Notes: generated from the letters alone by a model not told the origin. A DNA stretch of 64,000 bases from Syntrophales bacterium (GCA_035448805.1 DAOTJR010000002.1:18832-82831); one strand, 5' to 3'; positions 45,524 to 59,172 are shown, numbered from the stretch's first letter. Translations and numbers: made by a program.

Positions 45524-48500
45524 TCAGTTCAGGGAGACGGAGACCACGGTGGAGATTCCCTGCTTCTGCATGGTGACGCCGAAGAGATTTTCCGCCACTT
45601 CCATGGTCCTTTTATTGTGGGTGATCAGGATGACCTGTGAGTTGATGGCTATTTCCTTGATGATCTTTGCAATCAGGGAGATGTTGGTATCGTCGAGGGC
45701 GGCATCCACCTCGTCGAGGACAAGAAAGGGCGTCGGCCGGTAGAGGATTATCGCCAGTATGAGAGCTATCGCCGCCAGGGATTTTTCTCCCCCGGAGAGG
45801 AGACTGATGTTTTGAGGCCTTTTGCCGTGCATCCGGATATCGATGTCCACCCCGGTTTCCAGCAGGTCACTTTCATCGGTCAGGTAAAGCTCCCCGCTGC
45901 CGCCGGGAAAAATTCGGGAGAAGACATCCCGGAATGTCCCCTGCACCGCCGTGAAGGTCGCGGCGAATCGCTGCCGTGAAACCCGGTTGATCTTAGCGAT
46001 GGTCTCCTGCAGGGTAGCGAGGGAGGCTTCGAGATCCCGTGACTGGGAGGTGAGGAAATCAAACCGCTCTTTCAACTGCTCGTATTCGGTGATCGCCAGC
46101 AGATTGACCTCACCGAAGGCCGCAATGCTCTGACGGTTTTTCTCGATCCGGTCCTGCAGAACCTGACGTGTCTCCGCACTGAGGGGCGGCGCCGACGGTG
46201 CCGCCAGGCTCAGGTCCGTTTGGTATTTTTCCGCGCACATTCGGACCAAACCGTCCATCTGGTAGGCAACCTCACGCGCCTCGGCCTCCAGTTCGTTTTC
46301 CTGCCGGGCAACCTGCTCCCAATGTCCTTTGGTTTCCCGCAGCCTTGCCTCCCTTTCTTGCAGCGCCGCTTCGGCCTGGTCGTAACGATCTTTCATTGCC
46401 GCCAGATTTGTTTCCCTGGCTGTCAGGGAAGCATAAAGGCCTTCCAATTCCCTCTTGTCGGCGGCGACCGCCGTTTGTAATGCTTCGAGCTGCCGCTCCC
46501 AGTTGCGGGCATCGTCGCCGCTTTTCCCGATTCTCATCTTCAGGTCCGCAACTTCGGATTCCAGGCGGTCCCTTGATTTCATCACGGATTTTTGCTTCTC
46601 GGCAAGGGCCGCCTGCCGGACCTTCTCCGCCGTCAGTTCCCCGGACAGGGTTTCCAGTTCCCGGCGCAGCCTACCGACCTGCTCCTCCAGTCCCCCCACC
46701 GCCTCCCGGACGGATTCCTCACGTCGCTTTTGACTCTCCAGATCGGCCTGACTTCTTTTGAGCTTCTCATGGATGAGGCGCTGCTCCTCGGCTTGGCTTT
46801 CGTCATTGAATTCCAGAATTTCCTGGGTCTGCTGCAGACGGCGGATTTCTTCGCCATATCTTTCGAGATCTTTTTGACGGCCGTTCCGCTGCAGTTCCAG
46901 CGCATGGATGGCGGCGGTAAGTCCCTCGATATCTTCTTCTCCCTGCGCCACCCGGACCGCCAGCTCCTTTTTCTGCTCCCCCTCCTCCCGGAGGGAGGCA
47001 GACAGGACGCGAATCTCTTCCTCCAACGTCTCCATTTCCCGCTTGTTTTTCAACAGACTCCGGGCGCCGTTACCGTTACTGCCGCCGGTCAGGACCCCTT
47101 GCGGGCTGATCATGTCCCCGTCCCGCGTGACGAAGGTCCCACGAAATCCGTTTCTATTCCAGAGGGCAAGTCCGTTCCGGAGGTCGGGGATGAGGAGGAC
47201 ATCTCCCAGGAGATACTCGGCGATACCCCGGAAAGTGTCCCGCACCTCTATGCGGTCCAGGAGACGCTCTGTTTCCCGCAAATGCTCGGCTTGCATACCC
47301 GGCGCGGCGGCATGACGGACCGCGAGCGGGACAAAGCTGCTTCTGCCCACCGCCGCCTCTTTTAGATAATCGATGGCCTTGACACCGGCCTCCTGACTCC
47401 GGACGATCACATACTGCAATTTATCCCCCAATACGGCCTCCACCGCCGCCTCGTAATCCCGGGGAACACGAATCTGCTCGGCCACGAGACCGACCACCTG
47501 GTCCTGATCTATCCCTTGGAGGCCGTTGGTCTCCTTGGCCATCATAATCGATCTGGTAGCCTCGTTGCACCACGCGTAACCGTCATGTAACTCCTTCAGC
47601 GACGCCAGACGGGAAGTCCGGGAACTCAATTCCTCCTTGAGGCCGGCAATCGTCTCCTCTCCCGCCTCCATTTCCCGGACGGCGGCTTCCCACTCCTCCG
47701 TCACCGTCTCCCGGCGGCGGCGTAACGCCTCAAGTTCAGAAAGGTCTTCACTCAATTCCGCCTCAATGTCCTTAAGCCTTGCCTGCAGATTTTTTATATG
47801 CTCGAGATTTTCCTCGATCTCCCTGGCGTTTCTGTCCTGTTTGCGCTTCAGATCCTCAAGGTTTTTCAGGAGATGGGTGCAATTGTTGGTCAGTCGTGAT
47901 TTCTCCGCCGCGACGTCGATGAACTGAGACTTGTTCTCCTCCAACAGCCGTTGTTTGGCCTGTAATTCCGCCTTCAGGGACGAAATCCGCCCCTCCCGAT
48001 CCCGCACGTCCGCTTCGATCCCGGCGATATCGGCGGTGAGGAGTTGCTGCAAAGAGGCAAGTTTTTCCCGCTCCCGAATGAGTTCCTCCTGACGGTCCTT
48101 TAAAAGACGGCCATCCTCCGCCAGGCGTTGCTGCCGCGCCTTCAAGTCGGCTATCTTTCCCCGGGAATATTCTATCCCCTGTTCTTTGACCTGCAGGGAG
48201 GAACGGAGCCGGTAGATCTCTTCGTGGCACTGGGCACGCTCTGCCTCCAGGTTCATAAGCTCCAGTCGCGCCGCTGCGATTAAAGCCTCACCGGACGACA
48301 GGGCGGCTTTGAGTTCATCTTTCCGTTCCCGGCAGTCCTGAAGCTGCCGCCCCCGAATTTCGTTTTCCTGCCGCAGGTTTTCATAGGCGTCCCCGGCGAC
48401 CGCCAGTTCGTCCTCCCGGAGAGCGGACTTGAGGTTTCGGTACTGCTCAGCCCGCCGGGCCTGCCGGGATAGGCTATGGAGCTGGCTTTTCACTTCCCGG

Positions 48501-49093
48501 AGAATATCATTCAAGCGGAGGATGTTTTGCTTGGTGGCATCGAGCTTCCGCAACGCCGCCTCTTTACGCGTCTTGTATTTGGCGATGCCCGCCGCTTCCT
48601 CGATAAACTGCCGTCGGTCCTCCGGCTTCGCCTCGACCAGGGAGGCCACACTGTTCTGTTCGACGATCGAGTAGGTTCGGGCGCCGACCCCGGCACCAAG
48701 GAAGAACTCACGGACATCAAGGAGGCGGCAGGACAGACCGTTGATGGTATATTCACTCTCGCCGCCGCGTAAGAGGCGTCGGGAAACGGCGACCTCGGCG
48801 TGGTCCCCGTACGGCTCGGGGAAGGGAAGCCCTTCCGCCGCCAGGAGCATGGTTACCTCCGCCATCCCCACCGGTTCCGCCTCCTGGGAACCGTTGAAGA
48901 TGACATCCTCCATCCTGACGCCCCGAAGACTTTTGATCCGCTGTTCTCCCATCACCCAGCGGATGGCGTCCACCACATTGCTCTTTCCGCAACCGTTGGG
49001 ACCGACGACGGCGCTTATCCCCGGAGCGAAGTCAAGGACGACCTTGTCTCGAAAGGATTTAAAGCCATTGATTTCCAGATGTTTTAACTTCAT
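45524..49093 (-). CDS. smc: chromosome segregation protein SMC
   Basis: 1189 aa. N-terminal MKLKHLEINGFKSF...VVGPNGCGKSN, long coiled coils, a hinge, and a C-terminal LSGGEKSLAAIAL...LDEVDAALD. Confidence 0.95.
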   Translation of the reverse strand: MKLKHLEINGFKSFRDKVVLDFAPGISAVVGPNGCGKSNVVDAIRWVMGEQRIKSLRGVRMEDVIFNGSQEAEPVGMAEVTMLLAAEGLPFPEPYGDHAEVAVSRRLLRGGESEYTINGLSCRLLDVREFFLGAGVGARTYSIVEQNSVASLVEAKPEDRRQFIEEAAGIAKYKTRKEAALRKLDATKQNILRLNDILREVKSQLHSLSRQARRAEQYRNLKSALREDELAVAGDAYENLRQENEIRGRQLQDCRERKDELKAALSSGEALIAAARLELMNLEAERAQCHEEIYRLRSSLQVKEQGIEYSRGKIADLKARQQRLAEDGRLLKDRQEELIREREKLASLQQLLTADIAGIEADVRDREGRISSLKAELQAKQRLLEENKSQFIDVAAEKSRLTNNCTHLLKNLEDLKRKQDRNAREIEENLEHIKNLQARLKDIEAELSEDLSELEALRRRRETVTEEWEAAVREMEAGEETIAGLKEELSSRTSRLASLKELHDGYAWCNEATRSIMMAKETNGLQGIDQDQVVGLVAEQIRVPRDYEAAVEAVLGDKLQYVIVRSQEAGVKAIDYLKEAAVGRSSFVPLAVRHAAAPGMQAEHLRETERLLDRIEVRDTFRGIAEYLLGDVLLIPDLRNGLALWNRNGFRGTFVTRDGDMISPQGVLTGGSNGNGARSLLKNKREMETLEEEIRVLSASLREEGEQKKELAVRVAQGEEDIEGLTAAIHALELQRNGRQKDLERYGEEIRRLQQTQEILEFNDESQAEEQRLIHEKLKRSQADLESQKRREESVREAVGGLEEQVGRLRRELETLSGELTAEKVRQAALAEKQKSVMKSRDRLESEVADLKMRIGKSGDDARNWERQLEALQTAVAADKRELEGLYASLTARETNLAAMKDRYDQAEAALQEREARLRETKGHWEQVARQENELEAEAREVAYQMDGLVRMCAEKYQTDLSLAAPSAPPLSAETRQVLQDRIEKNRQSIAAFGEVNLLAITEYEQLKERFDFLTSQSRDLEASLATLQETIAKINRVSRQRFAATFTAVQGTFRDVFSRIFPGGSGELYLTDESDLLETGVDIDIRMHGKRPQNISLLSGGEKSLAAIALILAIILYRPTPFLVLDEVDAALDDTNISLIAKIIKEIAINSQVILITHNKRTMEVAENLFGVTMQKQGISTVVSVSLN

Positions 49094-49184
49094 TGCCTTC
49101 CTGCGTCCGCCCCTGCTTTGATTGCCGGCACCTTATCAAAAGGGCGCTTCTTTGTAAAGCAAAAATACAACATATACGCAACAC

Positions 49185-49478
49185 TTGTGTTCCACCACAA
49201 TATGTAGTATGATTACCTACATGGAACAGGAAGAGAAAGATTACTGGCGGGAGGTCTGCCGGGTCGGGGGACTGAACATCGCCCATATCATCGTGGGCAG
49301 ACTGACGGCGGAAGGGATACCGGCCCGTCTCAGCTATGAAGCGGCGGGTGCTGTCTATGCCATCACCATTGACGGCCTGGGCGAGGTAACGGTCGTCGTC
49401 CCCCACCGGGAATGGGAACGGGCCAAGGCTATCCTCGAACAAACCTATGACGATGCAGAACTCGACTGGAGGGATTAG
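49185..49478 (+). CDS. DUF2007-like putative signal-transducing protein
   Basis: About 90 aa. The pattern AHIIVGRLTAEGIPARL...V.VP....ERAKAIL is typical of DUF2007. The start is ambiguous (49185 or an internal ATG). Confidence 0.5.
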   Translation: MCSTTICSMITYMEQEEKDYWREVCRVGGLNIAHIIVGRLTAEGIPARLSYEAAGAVYAITIDGLGEVTVVVPHREWERAKAILEQTYDDAELDWRD

Positions 49479-50485
49479 AAAATCCCATCCAGCGGGGTCC
49501 CGCAATGTAAGCATGCGGATCCTTTCAGCATCACACCGGCAACGTGGAAGCCGTACCGGCTGATCAAGAGTTTGCCGCATTCCGGACAAAAGGTGCTTTC
49601 CCCTTCGTCCCCCGGCACGTTACCGGTATAAACATACTTAAGCCTTCGGGCCCTGCCGATCTCCCAGGCCCGCCGGAGACTTTCCCGGGATGTGGGCTGA
49701 ACGGCGGGCATTTGGTAACGGGGATGGAATCGGCTGATATGCCATGGGGTTTCTCTTCCCAGGTCATATACCAGGGAGGCGATCTGTTCGATCTCCGCTT
49801 CGCTGTCATTGAGCCCCGGAATCAACAGCGTCGTGACCTCCACCCAAATCCCGGCCTGCTTCATTCTCACCAGGGTATCCAGAACCGGCTGGAGCCGGGC
49901 GCCGCACTGTTCCCGGTAGAATTCCTCCCGGCATGATTTCAGATCCACATTGGCCCCGTCGAGATAGGGAGTTATGGCATCCAAGGCGGCTGCAGACATA
50001 TAACCATTCGTCACAAATACGTTTTTTATTCCCTGACCCCGTGCGAGCCGGGCAATGTCATAGGCAAATTCAAAAAATACCGTCGGTTCCGTATAGGTAT
50101 AGGCGATGGTCCGGGCACCGGCGCCGACGGCGCGGGCGACAACCTCTGCCGGGGAAGTGTTCCTTCCCGGAATCAGCCCCTCCAGACGGGGGAGTTGGGA
50201 AATCTCGTGGTTCTGGCAGAACCGGCAGCGAAAGTTGCAACCCACGGTGGCCAGAGAATAGGATCGCGATCCCGGATAGAGATGAAAAAAAGGTTTTTTC
50301 TCGACAGGGTCGACATTTTCAGCAATCAAAGCCCCATAGACAAGGCTGTACAGAACCCCGTCCCGGTTCTCCCGGACACCGCAGACACCCCGCCGCCCGT
50401 CGCCGATCAGACAGGTATGAGCGCAGAGGCCGCAGCGTACCTGCTGATCCGGCAGCACTTCGAAAAACATGGCCTCTTTGATCAT
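49475..50485 (-). CDS. AmmeMemoRadiSam system radical SAM enzyme
   Basis: N-terminal Cys-rich VRCGLCAHTC...GVCGVREN, the radical SAM motif CNFRCRFCQN, and a C-terminal CPECG...CLHCG. Confidence 0.8.
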   Translation of the reverse strand: MIKEAMFFEVLPDQQVRCGLCAHTCLIGDGRRGVCGVRENRDGVLYSLVYGALIAENVDPVEKKPFFHLYPGSRSYSLATVGCNFRCRFCQNHEISQLPRLEGLIPGRNTSPAEVVARAVGAGARTIAYTYTEPTVFFEFAYDIARLARGQGIKNVFVTNGYMSAAALDAITPYLDGANVDLKSCREEFYREQCGARLQPVLDTLVRMKQAGIWVEVTTLLIPGLNDSEAEIEQIASLVYDLGRETPWHISRFHPRYQMPAVQPTSRESLRRAWEIGRARRLKYVYTGNVPGDEGESTFCPECGKLLISRYGFHVAGVMLKGSACLHCGTPLDGIF

Positions 50486-51288
50486 TTAATCACCCTCACC
50501 ACCCCCGGCACGGGCCGCCGGCCTTCGGCACCGAGATTCAAAACCTCCCGGATCGGTTCCTGGATGGTCACCTGGGTAAAGGTAACGGGAAACGACAAAC
50601 CCAGGAAGGCGCCGAAAGGATTGTTCATAACCGGGATCAACTCCTCGAGCCCGCTGGCGAATCCATACCAGCCATAGGGCAGGAAGATGACGCTGCCCCG
50701 GCGGATCCGGACCCCGGCCAGTTGGCGGCGGATCATGGACACCAGCTCAGGGCTGCTGAAAAAACGGGCGCGGTTGTATATGGAAGGGCCGAAGGCGCCG
50801 GTAACTGGCCGTAACAGGCCGAGGCAGGAGAATCTATTGAGGACGCCGATAAACACCCGCCCCCGACATACCCGGATGGCTTCGTTAATCGCCTGCATGG
50901 GATGGACGGTGAATTCCAGGGAGGTGATCAGGGTAACGATGTCAAACTCGTTGTCGGAAAAGGGAAGATCCTCCGCATCTCCCAGGAAGAAATCCGCCTT
51001 GTTGCCGAGTTTTCGTCTGGCCCGCTCGAGCATGGGAGGTGAGGAATCAAGACCGGTCACATCACATCCCTTGCGCCGGAAGAGCCAGAGATGATCGCCG
51101 GTTCCGCAACCCACGTCCAGAAGGCGCTCTCCACCGCGGGGTTGGGTCAGATCGAGAATGAGGCTTTTCTCCCGGCTGTCGATATACCGTCCCGTGGGTG
51201 TATCCCGCCAGGCATCGTAGGATTGGGCGATCTCTTCCGTAAAGATCAAGGCCTTCAACCTCCGATCACGGACATGTTCTTCCCGCAC
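50482..51288 (-). CDS. class I SAM-dependent methyltransferase
   Basis: LLDVGCGTGDH motif I and a Methyltransf_11-like layout. It overlaps both neighbours. Confidence 0.75.
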   Translation of the reverse strand: MREEHVRDRRLKALIFTEEIAQSYDAWRDTPTGRYIDSREKSLILDLTQPRGGERLLDVGCGTGDHLWLFRRKGCDVTGLDSSPPMLERARRKLGNKADFFLGDAEDLPFSDNEFDIVTLITSLEFTVHPMQAINEAIRVCRGRVFIGVLNRFSCLGLLRPVTGAFGPSIYNRARFFSSPELVSMIRRQLAGVRIRRGSVIFLPYGWYGFASGLEELIPVMNNPFGAFLGLSFPVTFTQVTIQEPIREVLNLGAEGRRPVPGVVRVIK

Positions 51289-52247
51289 TCGCGGCGGGGG
51301 CTTCCTTCCGGACGGATCTCGTGCCGGCGCGGCTTTTTGGCGATGGCCTCCAGGATCAGTCCTTCGAGATGCTCATCCCCGCAACCGGCGCGGAGGGGCC
51401 CTTTCAAATCTATCTCCTCCTCGGAAAAAAGGCAGGACCGCAGATGCCCCTCCGCCGTGAGGCGCAGGCGATTGCAGCGGTGGCAAAAATGGTTGCTCAT
51501 CGCGGTGATGAAACCTATCTCCCCCGCGCTCCCGTCAATGCGATAGACCTTCGCCGGCCCATCCAGATGCTCCCGGGTACCGTTTACCGGCTTCAGGGGA
51601 TATTTTTCCTCGATGGCGCTCATGATTTCTTCACTGGCCAGATAAACACCCAAATTGTCCCGGCCGGCGTGACCCACCGGCATCAATTCGATGAACCGGA
51701 CCTGAAAGGGCCGGTTCATAGTCAAACGGGCAAAGTCCAGGATCTCGTCGTCATTGAACCCTTTCATGGCCACGACATTGATCTTGATCGGCGCGAAGCC
51801 ATGGCCGTAAACGGTGTCGATACCCCTCATCACTGCCGCCAGCGAGCCGCCGCGAGTAATCTGAAAGTATTTTTCCCGGTTCAGAGAGTCCAGGCTGATG
51901 TTGAGGCGGCGCACGCCCGCGCCGAACAATTCCGCCGCATATCTCTCCAGGAGGACGCCGTTGGTGGTCAGGGCAAGATCCTCGATTCCCGGGATGGACT
52001 TCAGGGCCGCCACAAAGGCGACAACTCCCCGCCGTACCAGCGGTTCCCCGCCGGTTATCCGGACCTTGGCAACCCCCAGGCGAACGGCGATCCGGACGAT
52101 CCGGAGGATTTCTTCATACCTCAGGATGTCGTCATGGCCGATGAGCGACAGACCTTCTTTGGGAACACAGTACCGACAGCGCAGGTTGCAGCGGTCGGTA
52201 ATGGAAACCCGTAAATAGTTTATATCTCTTTGATAATTATCATACAT
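51255..52247 (-). CDS. moaA: GTP 3',8-cyclase MoaA
   Basis: YLRVSITDRCNLRCRYCVP, ITGGEPL, and a C-terminal CxxCNRLRLTAEG. I place the start at MYDNYQ (ATG 52247) behind AAGGAG. Confidence 0.9.
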   Translation of the reverse strand: MYDNYQRDINYLRVSITDRCNLRCRYCVPKEGLSLIGHDDILRYEEILRIVRIAVRLGVAKVRITGGEPLVRRGVVAFVAALKSIPGIEDLALTTNGVLLERYAAELFGAGVRRLNISLDSLNREKYFQITRGGSLAAVMRGIDTVYGHGFAPIKINVVAMKGFNDDEILDFARLTMNRPFQVRFIELMPVGHAGRDNLGVYLASEEIMSAIEEKYPLKPVNGTREHLDGPAKVYRIDGSAGEIGFITAMSNHFCHRCNRLRLTAEGHLRSCLFSEEEIDLKGPLRAGCGDEHLEGLILEAIAKKPRRHEIRPEGSPRRECGKNMSVIGG

Positions 52248-52423
52248 CCTGACGCTCCTTAACACAAAGCGCATCCCGACGCAAGAGGTTGGCCGGGCGG
52301 GAACCTGTCCCATACGTTCAAGGGCGTCAATCTTTTCAAATCTGCCTTGACAGCGGGGCGTTTATCCATTAGGGATGAACAATCACAGCAGGCGGGGTTT
52401 TGCCGGCGGGGAGTGGGAAGATC

Positions 52424-52906
52424 ATGAAGAAAGCACCGATCACCAAAGCAGGTTTTGAAAAGATCAAGAAGGAACTGGAGTATCTGAAAACCGTCGCCGT
52501 ACCGGAGAATGTCCGGGACATCGAAACGGCCCGGGCCCACGGGGACATCTCCGAGAACGCCGAATACACCGCCGCCAAGGAAAGGCAGGCCTTCATCCAC
52601 GGCAAGATCCAGGAACTGGAAAACAACCTCGCCACTTCCGAGATCATCGATCTCAAAAATCTCACCACCGACCGGATCGTCTTCGGAACCTCCGTGGTCA
52701 TCGAGGACGTCAAGACAGGCAAGGACACCACTTACCAGCTGGTCGGCCCCCATGAATCGGATATCGGACGGAACAAGATTTCCGTAACCTCCCCTATCGG
52801 CAAGGCCCTGGTGGGCAAATCAATCGGTGACACCGCCCGGGTCAACGCCCCCGGCGGGGTGCGGGAGTTTGAAATCGTCGATATCTTCATCGCCGCCGAG
52901 GACTGA
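52424..52906 (+). CDS. greA: transcription elongation factor GreA
   Basis: MKKAPITKAGFEKIKKELEYLK...RAHGDISENAEYTAAKE...SVTSPIGKALVGK. Confidence 0.95.
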   Translation: MKKAPITKAGFEKIKKELEYLKTVAVPENVRDIETARAHGDISENAEYTAAKERQAFIHGKIQELENNLATSEIIDLKNLTTDRIVFGTSVVIEDVKTGKDTTYQLVGPHESDIGRNKISVTSPIGKALVGKSIGDTARVNAPGGVREFEIVDIFIAAED

Positions 52907-53228
52907 CGACTCACACTCACCATGTAAACGTCATATCCCTGCTCCGCGGTGTCCCAAGGGGGATGAGGGTCGTTCGCGAGTCAATCGTGATTGACAACCC
53001 GATGTCGATAACGCTCTTTCGCCCTCAATCCCTTACCGGCGACAAGCACCTCTCTTGCGGCGGCGGCCTCAACTTCCCGTCCCGGCCCGGGTCGGCGGGT
53101 CAAAATACCATTGTCAAATATCGTACCGACGCCGGCCGTTATCTCGGACCAACGGCCGCACCTGAATCGAATTTGCAACAAATGCCAAGATGAGTTCACC
53201 AGACGGTTACATTATGCCGGCCGCTGAC

Positions 53229-53273
53229 AAAATCAAACAAAAGAGGCCGGAGAAAAAACATTCTCCGGCCTCT
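53229..53273 (-). terminator. intrinsic terminator after atpC
   Basis: The minus strand reads AGAGGCCGGAGA-auguuuuu-UCUCCGGCCUCU followed by UUUGUUUGAUUUU. Confidence 0.8.
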
Positions 53274-53299
53274 CGTATCTTCTCTCACCAGAGGTCTGG

Positions 53300-53707
53300 T
53301 CAGCCCTTTTCCGCCACCCTGAGGCGCGTCTCGGCTTTGGTGACCGCCGCCTTGATCCGCTCGTAGTCGGGATCCTCCTTGGCCATCTTGGCCAATTTCG
53401 CCTCCGCTTCGTCCTTGTCTCTCCGGGCCTGATCCTTATCGATCATATCGGATCGTTCCGCACCTTCGACCAGGATGGTCACCTTGCTGGACAGAACCTC
53501 GGCATAGCCGGTGTCCACCGCATAGGCCACCTTCTTGTTGTCTTTGGTATAGCTCAACTCGCCGATCTGGATGGAGCTCAGCAGCGAGGCATGGCCTCTC
53601 AGGACGCCGAATTCCCCTTCACTTCCCGGTACGGTCACCTCTTCCACCTTGCCGCTGAAGGCAAGTTTCTCCGGGGTGACGATTTCCAACAACAGTTCAT
53701 CAGCCAT
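53300..53707 (-). CDS. atpC: F1 ATP synthase epsilon subunit
   Basis: 135 aa. LLLEIVTPE...F.G.V..V.VPG.EGEFGVL.GH. Confidence 0.9.
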   Translation of the reverse strand: MADELLLEIVTPEKLAFSGKVEEVTVPGSEGEFGVLRGHASLLSSIQIGELSYTKDNKKVAYAVDTGYAEVLSSKVTILVEGAERSDMIDKDQARRDKDEAEAKLAKMAKEDPDYERIKAAVTKAETRLRVAEKG

Positions 53708-53721
53708 GTGCCATCCTCCGG

Positions 53722-55149
<1,428 letters not shown>

Positions 55150-55159
55150 TTAGTGTTTT

Positions 55160-56035
55160 TTATCCTTTTGCCAAGGCCTCGGTACCGCCGACGATATCCA
55201 TCAGCTCCGCGGTGATCGCCGCCTGCCGGGCCTTGTTGAACTTCAGCGACAACGAACCGATCAAATCTTCACAGTTGCGGGTGGCGTTATCCATGGCCGC
55301 CATCCGTGCCCCGTTTTCTCCCGCATAGGTTTCCAGCAGGGCGCGGTAGATGAGAACGCGGACATACATGGGAAGGATCCGGTCCAGCAGGACCTCGTCG
55401 GACGGTTCATAGATGTAATCGATGCGCTTTTCCGGATCCGTCGCCTCCTCCTGGCCGATGGACGGCAGGGGAAAGAGCCTGACGACGGCGGGCTTTTGAA
55501 CGGAGACATTCCGGTACTCGTTGTAAACGAGATACAGCTCGTCATACTCCTCCTTGATGAAGGAGGGGATGATGTCGTTCGATATCTCCACGGCGAGGCT
55601 CATATCGAACTTCTTGAACACATCCACCCGTTCGTTCATGATCTTGGCCTTCTTCCGGAAGTAGTCGCGCCCCTTCCGGCCTACGGGGACAAGGGTCACT
55701 TCCTTGCCTTCCCCGAGCTTTTCCTTGACGAACCTTTCGGTGGCCTTGATGATGTTGGTATTGAAACCGCCGCACAACCCCCGGTCGGAGGTCATGCAGA
55801 TCACCCGGAGTTTCTTGGGGGGGCGCACCGCCAGGAGAGGATGGGAACTGGCGTCGACGCGCAGGGCCAGGCTGTTGAGGACCTCCATGAACTTCCCCGC
55901 GTAGGGGCGGAAGTTCTCCATCCGCATCTGGGCGGTCCGGAACTTGGAGGCCGCCACCATATTCATGGCCTTGGTGATCTGTTTCGTCTTCTGAACGGCG
56001 GCTATCTGTCTTTTAATGTCCTTGAGTGCGGCCAT
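55160..56035 (-). CDS. atpG: F1 ATP synthase gamma subunit
   Basis: 291 aa. N-terminal IKRQIAAVQKTKQITKAMNMVAASK and C-terminal NKARQAAITAELMDIVGG. Confidence 0.95.
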   Translation of the reverse strand: MAALKDIKRQIAAVQKTKQITKAMNMVAASKFRTAQMRMENFRPYAGKFMEVLNSLALRVDASSHPLLAVRPPKKLRVICMTSDRGLCGGFNTNIIKATERFVKEKLGEGKEVTLVPVGRKGRDYFRKKAKIMNERVDVFKKFDMSLAVEISNDIIPSFIKEEYDELYLVYNEYRNVSVQKPAVVRLFPLPSIGQEEATDPEKRIDYIYEPSDEVLLDRILPMYVRVLIYRALLETYAGENGARMAAMDNATRNCEDLIGSLSLKFNKARQAAITAELMDIVGGTEALAKG

Positions 56036-56090
56036 TAATTATCACTCCCTTTTCAAATCAACTTTATATTTTCCGGCAGCGACGCGATCG

Positions 56091-57602
<1,512 letters not shown>

Positions 57603-57605
57603 GCG

Positions 57606-58151
57606 CTACATCTCCTCCCCTAAGAGATTCCTTATATTGTTCAGTTGGGTCCTTATGCTGTTATCGTAAACGGTATCTCCGACTCTGACCACGATGCCCC
57701 CCAGGAGCGAAGGATCTTCGATGACGGTCATGTCCACCTTTTTCTGGGTCTGACCTTCCAGTCCCTGCTGCAGTTTCTGGATCAGCTCCGGCGAGAGCGG
57801 GAAGGCCGTTTTGACACTGGCCCGTACCGTTTTCAGGGCTTCGTCCATCAGTTCCCGGTAGCAATCCACAATGTCGGAAAGGATGACGATCCGCTGCTTG
57901 TCCGCCAGCAGCTTGAGGAAGTTGGCCGTAATTCCCGAGATGTCCGTCCTTTGCAGGATGCTTTCGATCACCGCCTTCTTCTCGGATTGATCAAAGATGG
58001 GATTGGCCAGAAATTCCTTCAGGTCCTTGCTGCTGTTGATAATGGCGGCAAAACCGCTCAACTCCCGGTAATACTTTTCGAGCTGATTCTCCTCGGCCGC
58101 GATCTCATAAAAGGCGCGGGCGTAACGCTTGGCTATCGTGCTTCCGATCAA
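57606..58151 (-). CDS. atpH: F1 ATP synthase delta (OSCP) subunit
   Basis: 181 aa. IAKRYARAFYEIA N-terminus and the operon position. Confidence 0.85.
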   Translation of the reverse strand: MIGSTIAKRYARAFYEIAAEENQLEKYYRELSGFAAIINSSKDLKEFLANPIFDQSEKKAVIESILQRTDISGITANFLKLLADKQRIVILSDIVDCYRELMDEALKTVRASVKTAFPLSPELIQKLQQGLEGQTQKKVDMTVIEDPSLLGGIVVRVGDTVYDNSIRTQLNNIRNLLGEEM

Positions 58152-58747
58152 TGTTTTATCACCACCTTGTCCAAATATTCTTTGACCATGTTCTCATGAT
58201 CCGTGATCGTGATGTTTCTCTTGAGGAGTTCCTCGGCAAGCTGGATGGAAAGCTGGGTCGCCTCGGCCCGCAACTGATTGCGCGCATTGCTGAATTCCTG
58301 CTCCATCCGGGCCTTGGTATCTTCCTCGATCTTCGCGGCGGCCTTTTTGGCCTCCTCGATCATCTTTTCCTTCTCCGCCATGCCCTGGACTTTGATCATC
58401 TCGGCGATGCCGTCGATCTCCTCCGTGGCCTTCTCGATTTTGGCGACGTACTCCTTGTATTTCCTTTCCGCTTCCTCCTTGGCCGCCAGGGCCTGATCGA
58501 GCGATTCCTTGATATCGGCACGCCGGCCGGCAAAGAATTCCTTCACCTTCTTCGCCGACAGCCACCAGAGGAAACCGGCGAGAATGGCAAAATTCAGCAG
58601 CCGGTAACCAAAATCTTTCCAATCGATATCATGGTGCGCTTCCCCGCCGCCGCCACCCGCGGCATAGGCCGCCGCCCCCGTCGCCAGGACCAAAAAGCCT
58701 GCCGAAAGCACGGCCTTCATCATTTGTCGACGCCGATCTTTTTTCAT
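58148..58747 (-). CDS. atpF: F0 ATP synthase subunit b
   Basis: 199 aa. One N-terminal TM helix and a long charged helix (AKEEAERKYKEY...). Its position is immediately upstream of atpH. Confidence 0.8.
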   Translation of the reverse strand: MKKDRRRQMMKAVLSAGFLVLATGAAAYAAGGGGGEAHHDIDWKDFGYRLLNFAILAGFLWWLSAKKVKEFFAGRRADIKESLDQALAAKEEAERKYKEYVAKIEKATEEIDGIAEMIKVQGMAEKEKMIEEAKKAAAKIEEDTKARMEQEFSNARNQLRAEATQLSIQLAEELLKRNITITDHENMVKEYLDKVVIKH

Positions 58748-59172
58748 TGGAGACTCCTTCCCAGCACCTTTTCAGCGATCTCGGCCGATATCTTCTCGGA
58801 CTGACTCTTCAGGATCTGCCGGGCGCCGTCCACTTCCTTCGCCACCCGCCCCTGAAACTCGGCCAGCATGGCCGGGATCTTGCCGCGCTTCTCGTCGATG
58901 ATGGCCTTGGCGCTGTCGGCCGCTTCCTTGAGAATCTCACCCTTCTTGTCCAGGGCGGCCTGCTTGGCCTGGCGGAGCTTCTCTTCATACTCCGCCGCCT
59001 TCTGTTCTACGGAAAGATTGAGACGCTTGATCTCGTTCTCCGATTCATCGAGGCGCTCCTTCCGCTTGTCGAGGATGGAAAGGATAGGTTTGTAAAGCAG
59101 ATAATTGAGAATCACGATCAGGACCAGAAAATTGGCCATCTGGATAAACAGGGTAAGATTTATATCGACCAC
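58744..59172 (-). CDS. F0 ATP synthase subunit b' (second b-type subunit)
   Basis: 142 aa. TM helix LFIQMANFLVLIVILNYLLYKPI followed by a charged coiled helix. It is translationally coupled to atpF. Confidence 0.75.
   Translation of the reverse strand: MVDINLTLFIQMANFLVLIVILNYLLYKPILSILDKRKERLDESENEIKRLNLSVEQKAAEYEEKLRQAKQAALDKKGEILKEAADSAKAIIDEKRGKIPAMLAEFQGRVAKEVDGARQILKSQSEKISAEIAEKVLGRSLQ

Noticed and set aside
52248-52423. Possible Moco riboswitch in the moaA 5' region (shared with divergent greA).
   Set aside because: A Moco riboswitch is expected upstream of many moaA genes. I could not recognise the conserved Moco-motif segments by eye in this 175-nt spacer. A cmscan would be needed, so I do not claim it.
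52907-53228. Gene-less gap of about 320 nt between convergent greA and atpC. It contains a 7-bp inverted repeat GTCAATC-GT-GATTGAC (52980..52995) and short hairpins.
   Set aside because: I found no promoter, no terminator for greA, and no ORF with an RBS or conserved-looking structure that I could support. The palindrome alone is too short to call an operator.
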